From positions 16,152 to 80,151 of the IMG/VR virus record IMGVR_UViG_3300021400_000136: a stretch of 64,000 bases of DNA; one strand, given 5' to 3'. A program made the position numbers and the translations under genes. Below the pieces are notes generated by a model, which ran no database searches, had not been told where the DNA came from, and saw only the letters and a program-made list of their open reading frames with translations. Shown one piece after another: positions 28,426 through 38,959 of this stretch (position 1 is its first letter; each line of letters starts with the position of its first letter). This DNA is from a virus. Taxonomy: Duplodnaviria > Caudoviricetes.

Positions 28426-30381
28426 TTATAATCGGTCTCTGGTAAAGGTGTAGTACCGACTATTCCGATCTCGGTCCTTAGTTACTTCAATCTCGTCCTT
28501 ATTCAAAAAAGAATCTGCCAGACTAAAGACCCTGAGTCCTAACTTCCTTGGGGAGTCGATCCCATCTCCTGCTGTCGAATAGGCCTTTATACAACCGTCG
28601 TACAAATCCTTCGCCGATACCTGCCATACTACAGGATCTTGATCTGTTTCCGCTTCCAACAGATTCATATGGTTCTTTACGTATTTCACCACCGGCTCGC
28701 CCTGGTACAACCTATCTTCCTCTGTCTCTCTGACTTCCTTCTCAGATCCAAGGTTCTCCCAGCGATAGGAGATCTGGTTGAAGGTCATCATGTACGTCTG
28801 CTTGTTTATGTCTCGGCCTGTGAGTTCCAGCTTCGCCTCGTCATCATCCCACTTCTTCTTGGACATACCGAACGCATAGTCGATAGCACCGGACAGACCA
28901 TTCGTACCACTGATGTTTCCGATCAGGTCGTTTGGATCTATGATCTTTCTCGTGTGATGGACAAGAAGAATCGAGATATCTCTCTTCAGGGCGAACTTCT
29001 GAATCTTACCTGCATCGTTGTAGTCGTTGGAGTACGCGCCCTCTGATCTTTTGGCAGGTGGCCTGACCTTCTGCAGAGTGTCGATTACGATGAACTTAAT
29101 CTCCGGGTACATCTTTAGATACGCATCGATCTCATCAAAGAGTCCTTCGTCCATAGTAGGGCAGTCTTCTTTATGATAGAACCACGCAAGCTCCTTATCC
29201 TTACCGGATACCTCATCCAGACGATTCTGGATTCGACGGTCGTTATCTTCCAGGGCATAGTACAGGACCCCGGACTTAACCGTCTTCTTCCCGAAGAACT
29301 CTCGGCCTGTCGCTATAGAGATAGCCAGGTCCAGCGCAAACCACGACTTACCAAACTTCGGAGGAGCTACCACCATACCGAGCCCCGTCGTCACCATGTC
29401 CTCCACGAGGAAGACAGCTGGCTTAATGTACCTGCTGAGAAGCTGGTTGCCGTTCTCCAGAGGAGGAGCGAGCTGCTTCTTGGACTCGCCCAGATCTTTG
29501 AAGACATCATCAGCCGTGTAAGCACTCTCCGGAATCATCTCACCTTTTTCGAATTTCTTCGCAGACGTAGCAATTGATCTCAGCTCGTCGTCCCTTAGAG
29601 GAGGATCACAATACTTATCATTGAACAGACGGATCGATTCAAGAATGATATCTGTATCTAGTCCAGCCCCGCGAAGCTTTGATGCGTACCGGAACACAGT
29701 GAGGTTCCGCATACCCTGTGGGATCTTCCCGTCGTCAGCAAAGGCTATCGTTGTATCCGATGAAGTTGTGGGGGAGTACTCGACAGGCTTCATCCCGCCT
29801 GGATCTATCTCGTCCAGAATTTCATCCGGATCAATAGGAGTATCCCCGCCTTCCCAGAATGCATAATGCGCATCCCATGAAACGGAAGGCCAGAACATCA
29901 GGCGCTCCGGTTGGTCGGTTGTTTCGTCTATAGTATTCGAACCGACCCATGATGCAACCACTCCTACCAAAGCTTTGTATTCCTCCGACGTTACAGGCCG
30001 GGTAAGTGGGAACAGCCAGCGGAGTCTTGGGTTCTCTTCGGTGCTGGTATGGGTGGAGTGACAGAAGAACATCACATGCTCGTTCAGAAACTGGAAGTCC
30101 TCTACGTCATGATTGGTTGCATCGTCCGCGTCAATGGTAAGAATGTATCTGCTCTTCAGCAGTTTCTTCTCGCGCTTGCCGCCCTCGAATTCTCCGGCCA
30201 CATAGCCACCAACATCTTTTGCTTCCGTGCGATCCTCGTTAGGCATCGCCCAGTATTCATCGATAGACTCTTCCGTATAGATCGGAGTCTTCAACCGCTT
30301 AACCAGATCGGACCAGGTGGTGTTCTTTATTATGCCGTTTGGGTTTCTCCTACTCGTGAATTCAGTTATTACTATATCCAC
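28426..30381 (-). CDS. Primase-helicase (AEP primase, PriCT-1, RecA-like AAA_25 helicase)
   Basis: TIDADD, HSTHT...PRLRWLFPL, DETTDQPERLMFWP; GMRNLTVFRYASKLRG; Walker A APPKFGKS, Walker B IVIDTLQ, LVHHTRK. Confidence 0.88.
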   Translation of the reverse strand: MDIVITEFTSRRNPNGIIKNTTWSDLVKRLKTPIYTEESIDEYWAMPNEDRTEAKDVGGYVAGEFEGGKREKKLLKSRYILTIDADDATNHDVEDFQFLNEHVMFFCHSTHTSTEENPRLRWLFPLTRPVTSEEYKALVGVVASWVGSNTIDETTDQPERLMFWPSVSWDAHYAFWEGGDTPIDPDEILDEIDPGGMKPVEYSPTTSSDTTIAFADDGKIPQGMRNLTVFRYASKLRGAGLDTDIILESIRLFNDKYCDPPLRDDELRSIATSAKKFEKGEMIPESAYTADDVFKDLGESKKQLAPPLENGNQLLSRYIKPAVFLVEDMVTTGLGMVVAPPKFGKSWFALDLAISIATGREFFGKKTVKSGVLYYALEDNDRRIQNRLDEVSGKDKELAWFYHKEDCPTMDEGLFDEIDAYLKMYPEIKFIVIDTLQKVRPPAKRSEGAYSNDYNDAGKIQKFALKRDISILLVHHTRKIIDPNDLIGNISGTNGLSGAIDYAFGMSKKKWDDDEAKLELTGRDINKQTYMMTFNQISYRWENLGSEKEVRETEEDRLYQGEPVVKYVKNHMNLLEAETDQDPVVWQVSAKDLYDGCIKAYSTAGDGIDSPRKLGLRVFSLADSFLNKDEIEVTKDRDRNSRYYTFTRDRL

Positions 30382-30391
30382 GGGGCCTCCT

Positions 30392-31510
30392 TCAGTCCGA
30401 CTGCATCGTCAAATAGTTTGCAGCGTCCTTGCCGTATTTTGTAGAGATACGGTACAGAGACACGAAAGGATTCCAACCACACTCTACACAGTCATGCTTA
30501 TAACAACCAACACAGCAATTATAAATACAATCTGGAGCGTCATCGTATGGACCGACCCACACTTCATCAGAAATATTCTGGTCCATGCGGTGCTCCTTTC
30601 CCGCCGGAGATCTCGATCCACTTCTGCATATTACGCAGACCTCGTTCCGCTTTCTCCGCTCGTTTTTTATATTCCATTAAGTCCTCACTTAGCATCTCTG
30701 ACAGCCGCCTCAGTCTCATAGCCTCACTCATCCACGCATAAATGTTATTGAGATCCGCTTGCCTGTGCTCTTTCTCTTTATCCTGCTGGGCCTTCAGCTC
30801 TGACTCGAGAGCAGCTATCTTTACTTCTCTGTTCCTTACTTGCTCTTCCAGTTTCTCGACCATCGGTTTGTACTCTTCGACGGTCAGGAACTCTTCGATC
30901 TCATCCTGTGTACTTCGGATCTTCGGCATCCCTCACCCTCCAGTACTCATCCAGCAGCTCTTGAAGATAATGTGCCGCCGTACCCGGAGCATAGGTAACT
31001 ATGTCAGCCAGATAACTCCCTCTGGGTATCCAGTGTATATCATCCCCGTCCTTTGAATAGATGTGCGCGCCAGCAATAAACGGATAGAACATAACCAGAT
31101 CGGAGGGCTTCTCAATTTGAACAGGACGATCATCCCCACCATACGAATAAAAGATCTCTGAGCCTAAACGCTTGTAGCATTCATACGGAGTCTCACCCGG
31201 CTCACAGGCGATCATACCGAACCAATCGTATAGATCACATTTTCCGGAAAACTTACTCATACTTCTCCAGCTCCTCTGCTATTGCTTTCGGCACATCCTT
31301 CCTACGGATTCCGCGCCGTACCTCTTTACCATCAATCAGTAGGCGGAACTTATCTCCAGGTTCTGGCAGAAGCTCCAGCTTACCGTAGCTCATGTAATGA
31401 GGCTCACTCATCGGCAGGAACCTCTTCTGTATTTTCCAGTGCACTGATCTCGATCTCCCCTCCGCAAGCTGCATACCCTGCGAGGTCAATCCAGTTGTCA
31501 GCTTTAGCAT
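30392..31510 (-). other. Four small hypothetical ORFs (30392..30586, 30567..30929 coiled coil, 30901..31260, 31253..31510)
   Basis: ORF track; overlapping couplings. Confidence 0.6.
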
Positions 31511-31715
31511 GGCCGGATGCGATACGGATGATCTTCAGCATGGCAAGCATGGCAGCAACGTCTTTAGCATCCAAAAGTCTATGCCCAGTTCTTGCAATGT
31601 AGATGTTCCACATAGCAGCGATGGAAAGAAAATTTGTTTCCGGAGTACCATAGTCTTGCTCACGATCACCGTTCACACACTGTAGTGCTCGGCCGAGTAT
31701 CTCTTGTCTTGTCAT
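31404..31715 (-). CDS. DUF6378-like (dNTP diphosphohydrolase-associated) protein
   Basis: GDREQDYGTP..NF..IAAMW, DVAAML..LKI.R, DNWIDLAGYAACGGEI. Confidence 0.75.
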   Translation of the reverse strand: MTRQEILGRALQCVNGDREQDYGTPETNFLSIAAMWNIYIARTGHRLLDAKDVAAMLAMLKIIRIASGHAKADNWIDLAGYAACGGEIEISALENTEEVPADE

Positions 31716-32179
31716 TTGTTCATTACCTCTTCTTTATATTTTCCAGTTTCATTCACCCAGGTAGCACATGCTTCGAGGGCTTTGTTATGGTCGTAGAATA
31801 ACTTCCGCTGGGAGAGTTCCTGCTTATCCCGCAGTATCAGAAGGATCATATCCCAGCTCGTACCCATGATGTATCTTCGCCAGAGGATGTCCTTATAATA
31901 CAGATCGATCTCCGCGTCTCTTATGAATGACTTAATTATTTCCCGTTTCTTCTCAACGATCTCTTCCCATCTATGAAGACTGGTCTCGGCATCCCCAAGA
32001 TTTGCGAGCGTCGCATTCCGATCAGATCCTCCACCACCCGGCATCCCTGTTATTGCGGTTGTGGTTTTCGTAGCAGCCTCATACATCGACAGGTATTTAT
32101 TCCGCTGGTCCTCCGAAAGGGAGGAGAAGAGAAGAGCGGATTCGAGGAAGGACTTTACAGCTTCTGTATTAACTCCCAT
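31712..32179 (-). CDS. Possible ArpU/RinA-like transcriptional activator
   Basis: C-terminal ILWRRYIMGTSWDMI...LSQRKLFYDHNKALE sigma-4-like pattern. Confidence 0.45.
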   Translation of the reverse strand: MGVNTEAVKSFLESALLFSSLSEDQRNKYLSMYEAATKTTTAITGMPGGGGSDRNATLANLGDAETSLHRWEEIVEKKREIIKSFIRDAEIDLYYKDILWRRYIMGTSWDMILLILRDKQELSQRKLFYDHNKALEACATWVNETGKYKEEVMNK

Positions 32180-32646
32180 AAATGGCGTTCTCCTTCTTCA
32201 CCCCAGAAATGAAATGCGCGGTCATCAATAAACAGATGGGCAATTACCTTGCGAGGATTCTGCCCCGTATTCTGTATAGTTTCCGGGACATTATCATTGA
32301 CTGCATCAAACTCAAGACCGTAGTCCTTGCACCACTCGACCGCCTCGTCAAGGTAGTGCCCCTCTCTACTTGTCCACAGGATAAGCTTGACCCCCATGGT
32401 GTGGGCCAACTTCAGCAGCTCAATTAGGTTGACATTCGGTTTCCCAATATTCGGCCAAACCCCTCCAGTAGTAAGCGTCCCGTCGAAGTCGATCGCCCAG
32501 ATCTGGGTTTTCTTCTCCACCTTTTTTTCCTTTTCTTTTTCGCGCTTTTCTTTTTGTTTCTGTGCCTGGGCCATTAGCTTTAGCCCCTGGATCACCGCTG
32601 GGTTCGTTGCATTTATCTGAATCTTCGGCTGCTTTATCTTTTGCAT
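32155..32646 (-). CDS. HAD-superfamily phosphatase
   Basis: AIDFDGT (DxD), ILWTSR, FIDDRA. Confidence 0.8.
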   Translation of the reverse strand: MQKIKQPKIQINATNPAVIQGLKLMAQAQKQKEKREKEKEKKVEKKTQIWAIDFDGTLTTGGVWPNIGKPNVNLIELLKLAHTMGVKLILWTSREGHYLDEAVEWCKDYGLEFDAVNDNVPETIQNTGQNPRKVIAHLFIDDRAFHFWGEEGERHLWELIQKL

Positions 32647-33219
32647 TCTGCGTCTCCTTATAGTCGTTGTGGTACCAGTCGAGGATATCCTTATCTTTCA
32701 GACTGTGGAACCAGTAAAGAACAGCTTCGTCTTCCGTATAGAACCTGGGGTAGTCGTCCATGTACATAGCCATTGCCACCCACTCGGGACCGAAGCCATA
32801 CTCTACCGGATTGGAGCCATTATGTTTCTCGTACAGCTTCAGATCTATCATGCGTCCACCTGCATCATCAGCTTGAGAAGATTGTCCTGCAGCTCTTGGA
32901 TCTCATCACGCATGTTGATCCAGCTATCAGAACGCTCATCATATCTGAGGCAGTCCCCGGGAATAAAGTAGCCTGGTGTATCATAGCCACCTTCCCTCTG
33001 TACATATTCAAAGTACTTCTCCGCTCTATCCGGATCACTGATGAACATATACGTCGCATGTTCAAATGCTTCGAGTCCACCCTGGTTACATTTTTCGAAT
33101 GTGTAGGTGAACATATCCACACCGTCGATGCATCTCAGCTGTTCCTCATATTCGAGGCATTCTTCCTCGGTCTCGAACTCTTCGCCGTCGTCTGCGATAT
33201 AAATGTTTTTAATCGTCAT
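32420..33219 (-). other. Small ORFs (N-terminal part of 32420..32851; 32848..33219 acidic)
   Basis: ORF track; 32420..32851 overlaps the HAD ORF, so the start of one of them is uncertain. Confidence 0.5.
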
Positions 33220-34591
33220 GTTTAATGTACCTCTTTAGCGCATCTAATAATGATTTCTGTGTTGCGTTCTTACTCTGTAGTACTTTCAGCACCTTCTCAT
33301 CCAGCGTACCCTCACAGATAATGTGATGGACAATAACCGGATGCTCCTGCCCCTGCCGATGCAGACGGGCGATAGACTGCTGATAATTTTCCAATGAATA
33401 GGGGAGGCCGAACCACACCATGATATGTGATCCTTCCTGCAGGTTGATACCATAACCTGCAGAAGCCGGATGGCAGAGTAACATTGGTATCTCTCCGTTG
33501 TTCCATCTCTGGATATCCGCGCTGTCTTTCAGCACAACTGCTTCCGGGTGTCGCGCCTTTATCCTGTCTACGTCATGCTTATAACTGTAGAACACAAGGA
33601 TCGGTTGCCCCTGGGAGGACTCGACTATTTCATCGAGCGCATCCAGCTTCTGATCGTGGAGGTGAAAGACCCCTCCGTTGTCATCGTAGACTGCTCCGTT
33701 TGCCATTTGTAATAACTTCCCGGAGAGCGTTGCTGCTGTCTCCCCAACAACTGCGGAGTCCATGGTATCAATTGATCCAAGCTTGCTTTCGAGAAGAGGC
33801 AGGACTTTATCAACTTCGAACTGCTCATATACTTTCCGTTCTTTCTTCGTCATCTTAACTCGGACTTCATTAAAGATAAGCGGTGGTATCTGCAGCCAAT
33901 CTTCTTTACTCATGGATAGACAGATGTCCGAGAGTCTTCTGTCTATCTTTTCTTTTGCTCCGGTTCTCAACTTGTACTCGTATACGATGAACCCGTTGTG
34001 AGCACCGGCATAAAAGAACTCCTGCCGATACGAACCGATAAACTTACCCAGTCGCTCGCCATTATCGATCAGATAAATCTGAGCCCATAGGTCCATATAT
34101 CCGTTCGATGCCGGTGTACCGGTCAGACCCCAGACGTAATCGCACTGCTTGATCACTCGCTTGAGCATCTTGAATCTCTTGGCTTGTGGGGATTTGAAAC
34201 TGGACAGCTCATCTATGATAACCATATCGAATGGCCAGATCCCGTTCGTATATTCCACAAGCCACTGGACATTCTCCCGGTTGATAACATAGATATCTGC
34301 TTCAGCCTCCAGGGCTGCTATCCTGTCTGACTTGGAACCGAGTACTTTGCTTACCCGGAGGTCATGTAGGTGATCCCATTTTTTCTGTTCAGCTGACCAA
34401 GTGGACTCGGCCACTCGCTTCGGAGCTATGACCAGAACCTTTTCAACTCTGTAGTCATCGATCAGTTCCTTCGCTACAGTTAATGAAGTGACCGTCTTCC
34501 CCAGTCCCATGTCCAGGAAGAGAGCACAGTGGGAATGGGTACGGAGGAAGTCCATTGCTATGATCTGGTATGGCTTAGGCTTGAATTCCAT
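33209..34591 (-). CDS. SNF2-family helicase
   Basis: DMGLGKT, IIDELSSFK, GLTGTP, HPASAGYGINLQ, QSIARLHRQGQ. Confidence 0.93.
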   Translation of the reverse strand: MEFKPKPYQIIAMDFLRTHSHCALFLDMGLGKTVTSLTVAKELIDDYRVEKVLVIAPKRVAESTWSAEQKKWDHLHDLRVSKVLGSKSDRIAALEAEADIYVINRENVQWLVEYTNGIWPFDMVIIDELSSFKSPQAKRFKMLKRVIKQCDYVWGLTGTPASNGYMDLWAQIYLIDNGERLGKFIGSYRQEFFYAGAHNGFIVYEYKLRTGAKEKIDRRLSDICLSMSKEDWLQIPPLIFNEVRVKMTKKERKVYEQFEVDKVLPLLESKLGSIDTMDSAVVGETAATLSGKLLQMANGAVYDDNGGVFHLHDQKLDALDEIVESSQGQPILVFYSYKHDVDRIKARHPEAVVLKDSADIQRWNNGEIPMLLCHPASAGYGINLQEGSHIMVWFGLPYSLENYQQSIARLHRQGQEHPVIVHHIICEGTLDEKVLKVLQSKNATQKSLLDALKRYIKHDD

Positions 34592-34976
34592 ACAGCTTAT
34601 TCATTCTTTCCTTTACCTCGGCCACAAGTTGCTCCCGGATAGGTATAGGAGTTCTCCGCAAAACAGGGAGGCCTAACCTTATTCTGGCTTGACATACTGA
34701 GTGAGGATGATATTTCGAGTGACTTGCTATGTCGTCATCGTCCTTCGACGTAACATAGTACTGCAGTACTACATTCTCCACACCGGATAGTCCCTTCTTC
34801 GGTCTGCCTCCATGGTTCTGCCTCGTCGTCCTCTCACCGCTAGGAGTGCTGCGTTTGCCCTTGCTGTCAATGCAGTTAACACAACGGGGGAACGGACAAT
34901 TCAGACACATGTTGATCATGTTCAGATCGTCTCCAACAAGTTCCTGATGAAACGCAGAACTTTTTTTCTTTTTCAT
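34575..34976 (-). CDS. Hypothetical protein (Cys cluster plus possible HTH)
   Basis: ORF track. Confidence 0.6.
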   Translation of the reverse strand: MKKKKSSAFHQELVGDDLNMINMCLNCPFPRCVNCIDSKGKRSTPSGERTTRQNHGGRPKKGLSGVENVVLQYYVTSKDDDDIASHSKYHPHSVCQARIRLGLPVLRRTPIPIREQLVAEVKERMNKLYGIQA

Positions 34977-35144
34977 TTAGTCGTCTCCTCTTACCTTATA
35001 AACATCCATCGCATACAACAGACAAAGATCAGAGCAGTAATAAACATTGTTATCCATCTCGTAGCGATCATCGTAGGACCAGATCTCCTGGCCGCATACG
35101 TCGCAATGTCCTACAAGATAGGGACCTTCTGGATCTATTGTCAT
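34977..35144 (-). CDS. 55-aa Cys-rich protein (MTIDPEGPYLVGHCDVCG...YCSDLC), below the ORF-track cutoff
   Basis: Manual translation; ATGA overlap with the HNH gene stop; fills the gap exactly. Confidence 0.6.
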   Translation of the reverse strand: MTIDPEGPYLVGHCDVCGQEIWSYDDRYEMDNNVYYCSDLCLLYAMDVYKVRGDD

Positions 35145-35851
35145 GGCTCTAACCCTCTATTACATAAGCTGTTTGTTTTGTTTTTCATCTGGTCCTTTAG
35201 AGGTATCCAAGTACAATTCTCTGGGCAGTAATTTCCATAGACATTTAGGCGCTCAATTGTCAGTCCTTTACGATAACCGTTATTCAACGCCCACTCTCTG
35301 AAGGCCGGATAATCCAGCCACTCTTCGCATACCGTTATTCCTTTTGCACCGTACCATTTATAATCGCGGCTGTTTGAGTTCAAGCACCGCTGCTTCAATG
35401 TTCTATGAACGTTGTATAAGTCCTCTCCGCAGAAGCCGTGCTTGGTTGCTTTCTCTCTATTCACATCGGCCGATAAACATCCGCAGCTCTGCGTAGTTTC
35501 TTCGCGCAGCCCTCGGTAAGGAATCCATTTCTCTTTCCCGCAATCGCAATGACAAAAGCATCGAATGGATTTGCCCTTATATTCTTGGGATAAAACAGTA
35601 AGCCGACCTATCTTCTTCCCTACAAGGTTCTGTGCTTTAGCGTGTAGTTCGTCAATATGCAGACAGCCACAACTGCGAGTATCCCCGCTTAACAAATTTC
35701 CACTCGTAATAACTTTCTGATTTCCACAATCACACTGGCAAAGCCACCTAGCCTTTCCGGCTTTTGTGTTTTCAGCTGGAGCAATTACTACAAGCCTACC
35801 GAACCTTTGTCCCATTAAGTTCTTTCTGTTCCAAGCAGCCATATAAATCAA
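35141..35851 (-). CDS. Free-standing HNH-type homing endonuclease
   Basis: Two GxxFGRLxV...CxCDCG...SCGC zinc repeats plus C-terminal YGAKGITVCEEW...TIERLNVYGNYCPENCTW. Confidence 0.75.
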   Translation of the reverse strand: MIYMAAWNRKNLMGQRFGRLVVIAPAENTKAGKARWLCQCDCGNQKVITSGNLLSGDTRSCGCLHIDELHAKAQNLVGKKIGRLTVLSQEYKGKSIRCFCHCDCGKEKWIPYRGLREETTQSCGCLSADVNREKATKHGFCGEDLYNVHRTLKQRCLNSNSRDYKWYGAKGITVCEEWLDYPAFREWALNNGYRKGLTIERLNVYGNYCPENCTWIPLKDQMKNKTNSLCNRGLEP

Positions 35852-38184
35852 TCCTTTTTATAGAACATAGTTTCAAAACCATCGGCATTAAGCGGGAGGC
35901 CTTCCATCCACGGAGCGCCTTTGCACATCAACCGGATGGCTTCTTCCAAAGAGCCATGGTCAAAGGGATCTGTGATAATAACCTCATCATGTACAGTAGC
36001 CCGGACATCGTATCCGGCTTTGTCCAGATTGAAGAGTGCTTCCTTGAGGCAGTCTCTTGCGGTGGCCTGGATGAGATTTTCTGTCAGTTTCCCGCCGAAT
36101 GTCTCTGTACGCTCCCACTTACGTGTCGTCTGGTTCATACTCATGTAGGTCATCGACGGACGGCCCCATCGGTCCTGGCCCATAGCCGCTCCCCAATAGG
36201 CTATCCGTCTTCCAGATGGGAGAGTCATCCACATCACCCCGTCTTCCATGTCAAATCGGATGTGACCGACAGTGGAGATCGTAGGTCTACCTTTTTTAAT
36301 ACACCGGATGGCAGCGTCCTCTAAGGATTTCCATAGTGCGGTAATATGCGGTGAAGCTTCTCTCCACTTGGATACCAGATCGGACATTTCTTCTTCGGAC
36401 ATGCCCATGCGGTCTGCCCCAAAATTCTTCATCGCTCCTACGCCACCGCCGTATCCGCAATTGTGGACGAGCTTTCCAGATACAGTGTAACGATGGTTCG
36501 GTCCGGCATTTAAGATGTCATACACCTTTACTTTGTTCTCAAGACACCGAACTTCCGGACCACGAGCCGCTGGGTACTTACCATCTCGTAAAACCCAACC
36601 GCCTATTGCCGCCCAACCAAATGGGGCTGCCTCGTCTGTAGCAGTAAGAAATACTGGATGATCTGGCGTTGCCATTAATCCTTGATACGCAATAACGAAC
36701 TTCTCGCCTTGAAACACAACCCCATCATGGCTTACAAAGGACTCACCATCCCAGACTTTCATCTCGGTAGTAACATCTTGAATAGGAACGAGGCCATGAT
36801 CGGTAAGAACAAGCTGGTCTTCAGCTATACAAGCAAGTTCAATGATCTTACCCTTTGCTCTGAGTTCGCCGTTCACACCATGCTTCACAACGGGAACTTT
36901 AAATGCACGGCTGGCTGACGCGCAGTAGATATCCTCGCCATTGGCAAAAGCTTTGATCCGCCACTCCTCATTAGCTATCCAGGCGATAACTCTCGCTTCG
37001 ATAGCACTGAAGTCCGCCACAATCAATCGGCTATTCTCTTCCGGTATTATCATGGTACGGATCAATGCGCTCAACGCACTCTGGACTTTCGGATACATAC
37101 ATTCAAAGTCTTCCTCATCTCCGAGCATCGCCCACATCCGGGCATCATCCAGATCCGGAAGAGAGTCATGCGGTAGGTTCTGAAGCTGCACTAATCTTCC
37201 TGCCCACCGCCCAGTTGACGCTCCATAGAATTGGAATGTTCCGCGGACATGATTATCTTTACAGCACGAACGGAGGAAGGCCTCATACTTTTTATTACTA
37301 CTCTTGGAAAACTCTTCCCTTAATTTGAGGACTTCCTTTGTCTGGTCATCAGACAGGGAAGCGTACACATCAGCAATGGCTTTCTTATTTAAGGAAAGAA
37401 CTTCGATCCCTTCCTGCTCTTCCAACCAGGATTTAATTTGTGCGGTAGAGTTAGGATTCTCCAGTCCGGTCAGTTGTTTGCAATGTTCAATCAACTCCTC
37501 ACGATACTGGTTGCCAATCTTGATAGCGTTCTCGGCTAACCTCGGTTCGATGCGGACACCCTTGTCGTTCATCCGCTGATCGAGACACCAGAGCTTTTGT
37601 TCTGAGAAGTCCGGCCTCCATTTCAACAGACGCTGGCGGATTGTATTCTCCGTCTCGACATCTCGTCTGTTGTACTCGATGAATGTTGCCCACTTCTCTG
37701 GTGCATCCTCCGGTCGGTTCCGAGTTCTGCCACCATTAGTTTTAGTAGGACGGCATGGCTGACAGAAGTACCGAATAAGCTCTTTGCCTTCCTTCATCTT
37801 CGCCTTGTCTTCTGGAAGCTCCAGTGCTGCACCGACTCCGGCGAGGGAGAGGGGAAGACCACAGGACGCAGAGAGGATCATGGTGCAGCTCCATTGCTCC
37901 GGTTCACAGTACCGACCGAACCACTTAGTCAGACATGTCCTCTCAAAATTCGCATTGAACGCTGTCTTCTCGACAGCAGGATCATAAAGCCAGTCAACTA
38001 TCTCAGTAGGGATCTCCTCACCCTGGGCCAGATCGATTACTTCTACCGGGCCATAGTCCAGACTGTAGGCAAAGAGCAGGATCTCGAAGTCGTCGGATTC
38101 GGTGTAGCGATATACACCGCACTTACCAATGTCCACGGAGGAGTAGGTTTCGAGGTCCGCTGAAAGAGTATGTGGCTTATTCAT
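35848..38184 (-). CDS. polA: Family A DNA polymerase (phage type) containing a mini-intein
   Basis: Exonuclease DLETY; motif A IVADFSAIEAR; motif B KIIELA|CGYGGG split by the intein; motif C VHDEV. Confidence 0.93.
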   Translation of the reverse strand: MNKPHTLSADLETYSSVDIGKCGVYRYTESDDFEILLFAYSLDYGPVEVIDLAQGEEIPTEIVDWLYDPAVEKTAFNANFERTCLTKWFGRYCEPEQWSCTMILSASCGLPLSLAGVGAALELPEDKAKMKEGKELIRYFCQPCRPTKTNGGRTRNRPEDAPEKWATFIEYNRRDVETENTIRQRLLKWRPDFSEQKLWCLDQRMNDKGVRIEPRLAENAIKIGNQYREELIEHCKQLTGLENPNSTAQIKSWLEEQEGIEVLSLNKKAIADVYASLSDDQTKEVLKLREEFSKSSNKKYEAFLRSCCKDNHVRGTFQFYGASTGRWAGRLVQLQNLPHDSLPDLDDARMWAMLGDEEDFECMYPKVQSALSALIRTMIIPEENSRLIVADFSAIEARVIAWIANEEWRIKAFANGEDIYCASASRAFKVPVVKHGVNGELRAKGKIIELACIAEDQLVLTDHGLVPIQDVTTEMKVWDGESFVSHDGVVFQGEKFVIAYQGLMATPDHPVFLTATDEAAPFGWAAIGGWVLRDGKYPAARGPEVRCLENKVKVYDILNAGPNHRYTVSGKLVHNCGYGGGVGAMKNFGADRMGMSEEEMSDLVSKWREASPHITALWKSLEDAAIRCIKKGRPTISTVGHIRFDMEDGVMWMTLPSGRRIAYWGAAMGQDRWGRPSMTYMSMNQTTRKWERTETFGGKLTENLIQATARDCLKEALFNLDKAGYDVRATVHDEVIITDPFDHGSLEEAIRLMCKGAPWMEGLPLNADGFETMFYKKD
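36460..36831 (-). mobile_element. Mini-intein (124 aa, no endonuclease) in polymerase motif B
   Basis: Starts CIAEDQLVLTDHGLVPIQDV (block A), contains TPDHPV (block B), ends VYDI...YTVSGKLVHN followed by Cys +1. Confidence 0.92.
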
Positions 38185-38639
38185 ATCGCCTCTGCCTTCT
38201 TGAAGACTTCCAACATCTTCGGAAACTGGAGAGCGACCCAGTCTATCTCGGCCTCATCATGACCGTAGGAAGTGTGATACATACTCTGAGCTAAGCCACT
38301 CTCATAGAGGAAAGCGTGAATGATCTCATGCCGCTTAACCTCTTTCAAATAGGAACTGTAGTCCTTCAGATCATCGACCTCACCGAAAGCATCATCGGGG
38401 ATAAAGATCGTCTTGATAGATCTGTCAGTGTACCCATCCACCTGCTCAAACATCGGATCGGATAGCCTGGGGACTATCTTCATCTTCCACTTGCTGCCTA
38501 AGATATTCAGATTGTAGGTCTTCAACTTCTTCTTCCTCCACGTCAATAGAAATGTAGTACTCGATCTGCGCGCCACAGTTAGTGCAATGACAGAAATGTA
38601 CGATGCCTTCTCCCTCCAGCCCGACATCCGAGAAATCAA
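38181..38639 (-). CDS. HExxH metallopeptidase-like protein
   Basis: KRHEIIHAFLYESGL...EAEIDW; true start probably downstream of the ORF-track start. Confidence 0.6.
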   Translation of the reverse strand: MISRMSGWREKASYISVIALTVARRSSTTFLLTWRKKKLKTYNLNILGSKWKMKIVPRLSDPMFEQVDGYTDRSIKTIFIPDDAFGEVDDLKDYSSYLKEVKRHEIIHAFLYESGLAQSMYHTSYGHDEAEIDWVALQFPKMLEVFKKAEAI

Positions 38640-38691
38640 AGTCGCTGTCCCAGATCACCGCCCTGGCCAGACAATGGAAGCACTCATACAT
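38446..38691 (-). CDS. Small zinc-finger protein
   Basis: CFHC...CHCTNCG; overlaps the extended 5' part of 38181..38639. Confidence 0.5.
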   Translation of the reverse strand: MYECFHCLARAVIWDSDFDFSDVGLEGEGIVHFCHCTNCGAQIEYYISIDVEEEEVEDLQSEYLRQQVEDEDSPQAIRSDV

Positions 38692-38871
38692 CCTTGGCTG
38701 CCTCCTTGTTATTTCGGAGATACTGCATGACGGCCTGCCATTCTTCCTTCAACGTAGGCATCATGACTATGCCGTCATTGCGATACTGTTTTTGTCGCCA
38801 CTCGTTTTTCCTCATGGCATCTCTGTTCCGCTGTTTCTTTTTCATGCTTACCTACCTTTTAAATAGAGTAG

Positions 38872-38953
38872 TGCCGGAGAGGGGACTTGAACCCCTACGG
38901 ATTTCTCCCTCAGATTTTAAGTCTGATACGTCTACCGATTACGCCACTCCGGC
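38872..38953 (-). tRNA. tRNA-Leu(TAA)
   Basis: Full cloverleaf GCCGGAG.../TCAGA-CTTAAAA-TCTGA/variable arm/AGGGG-TTCAAGT-CCCCT/CTCCGGC-A. Confidence 0.93.
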
Positions 38954-38959
38954 ATATAA

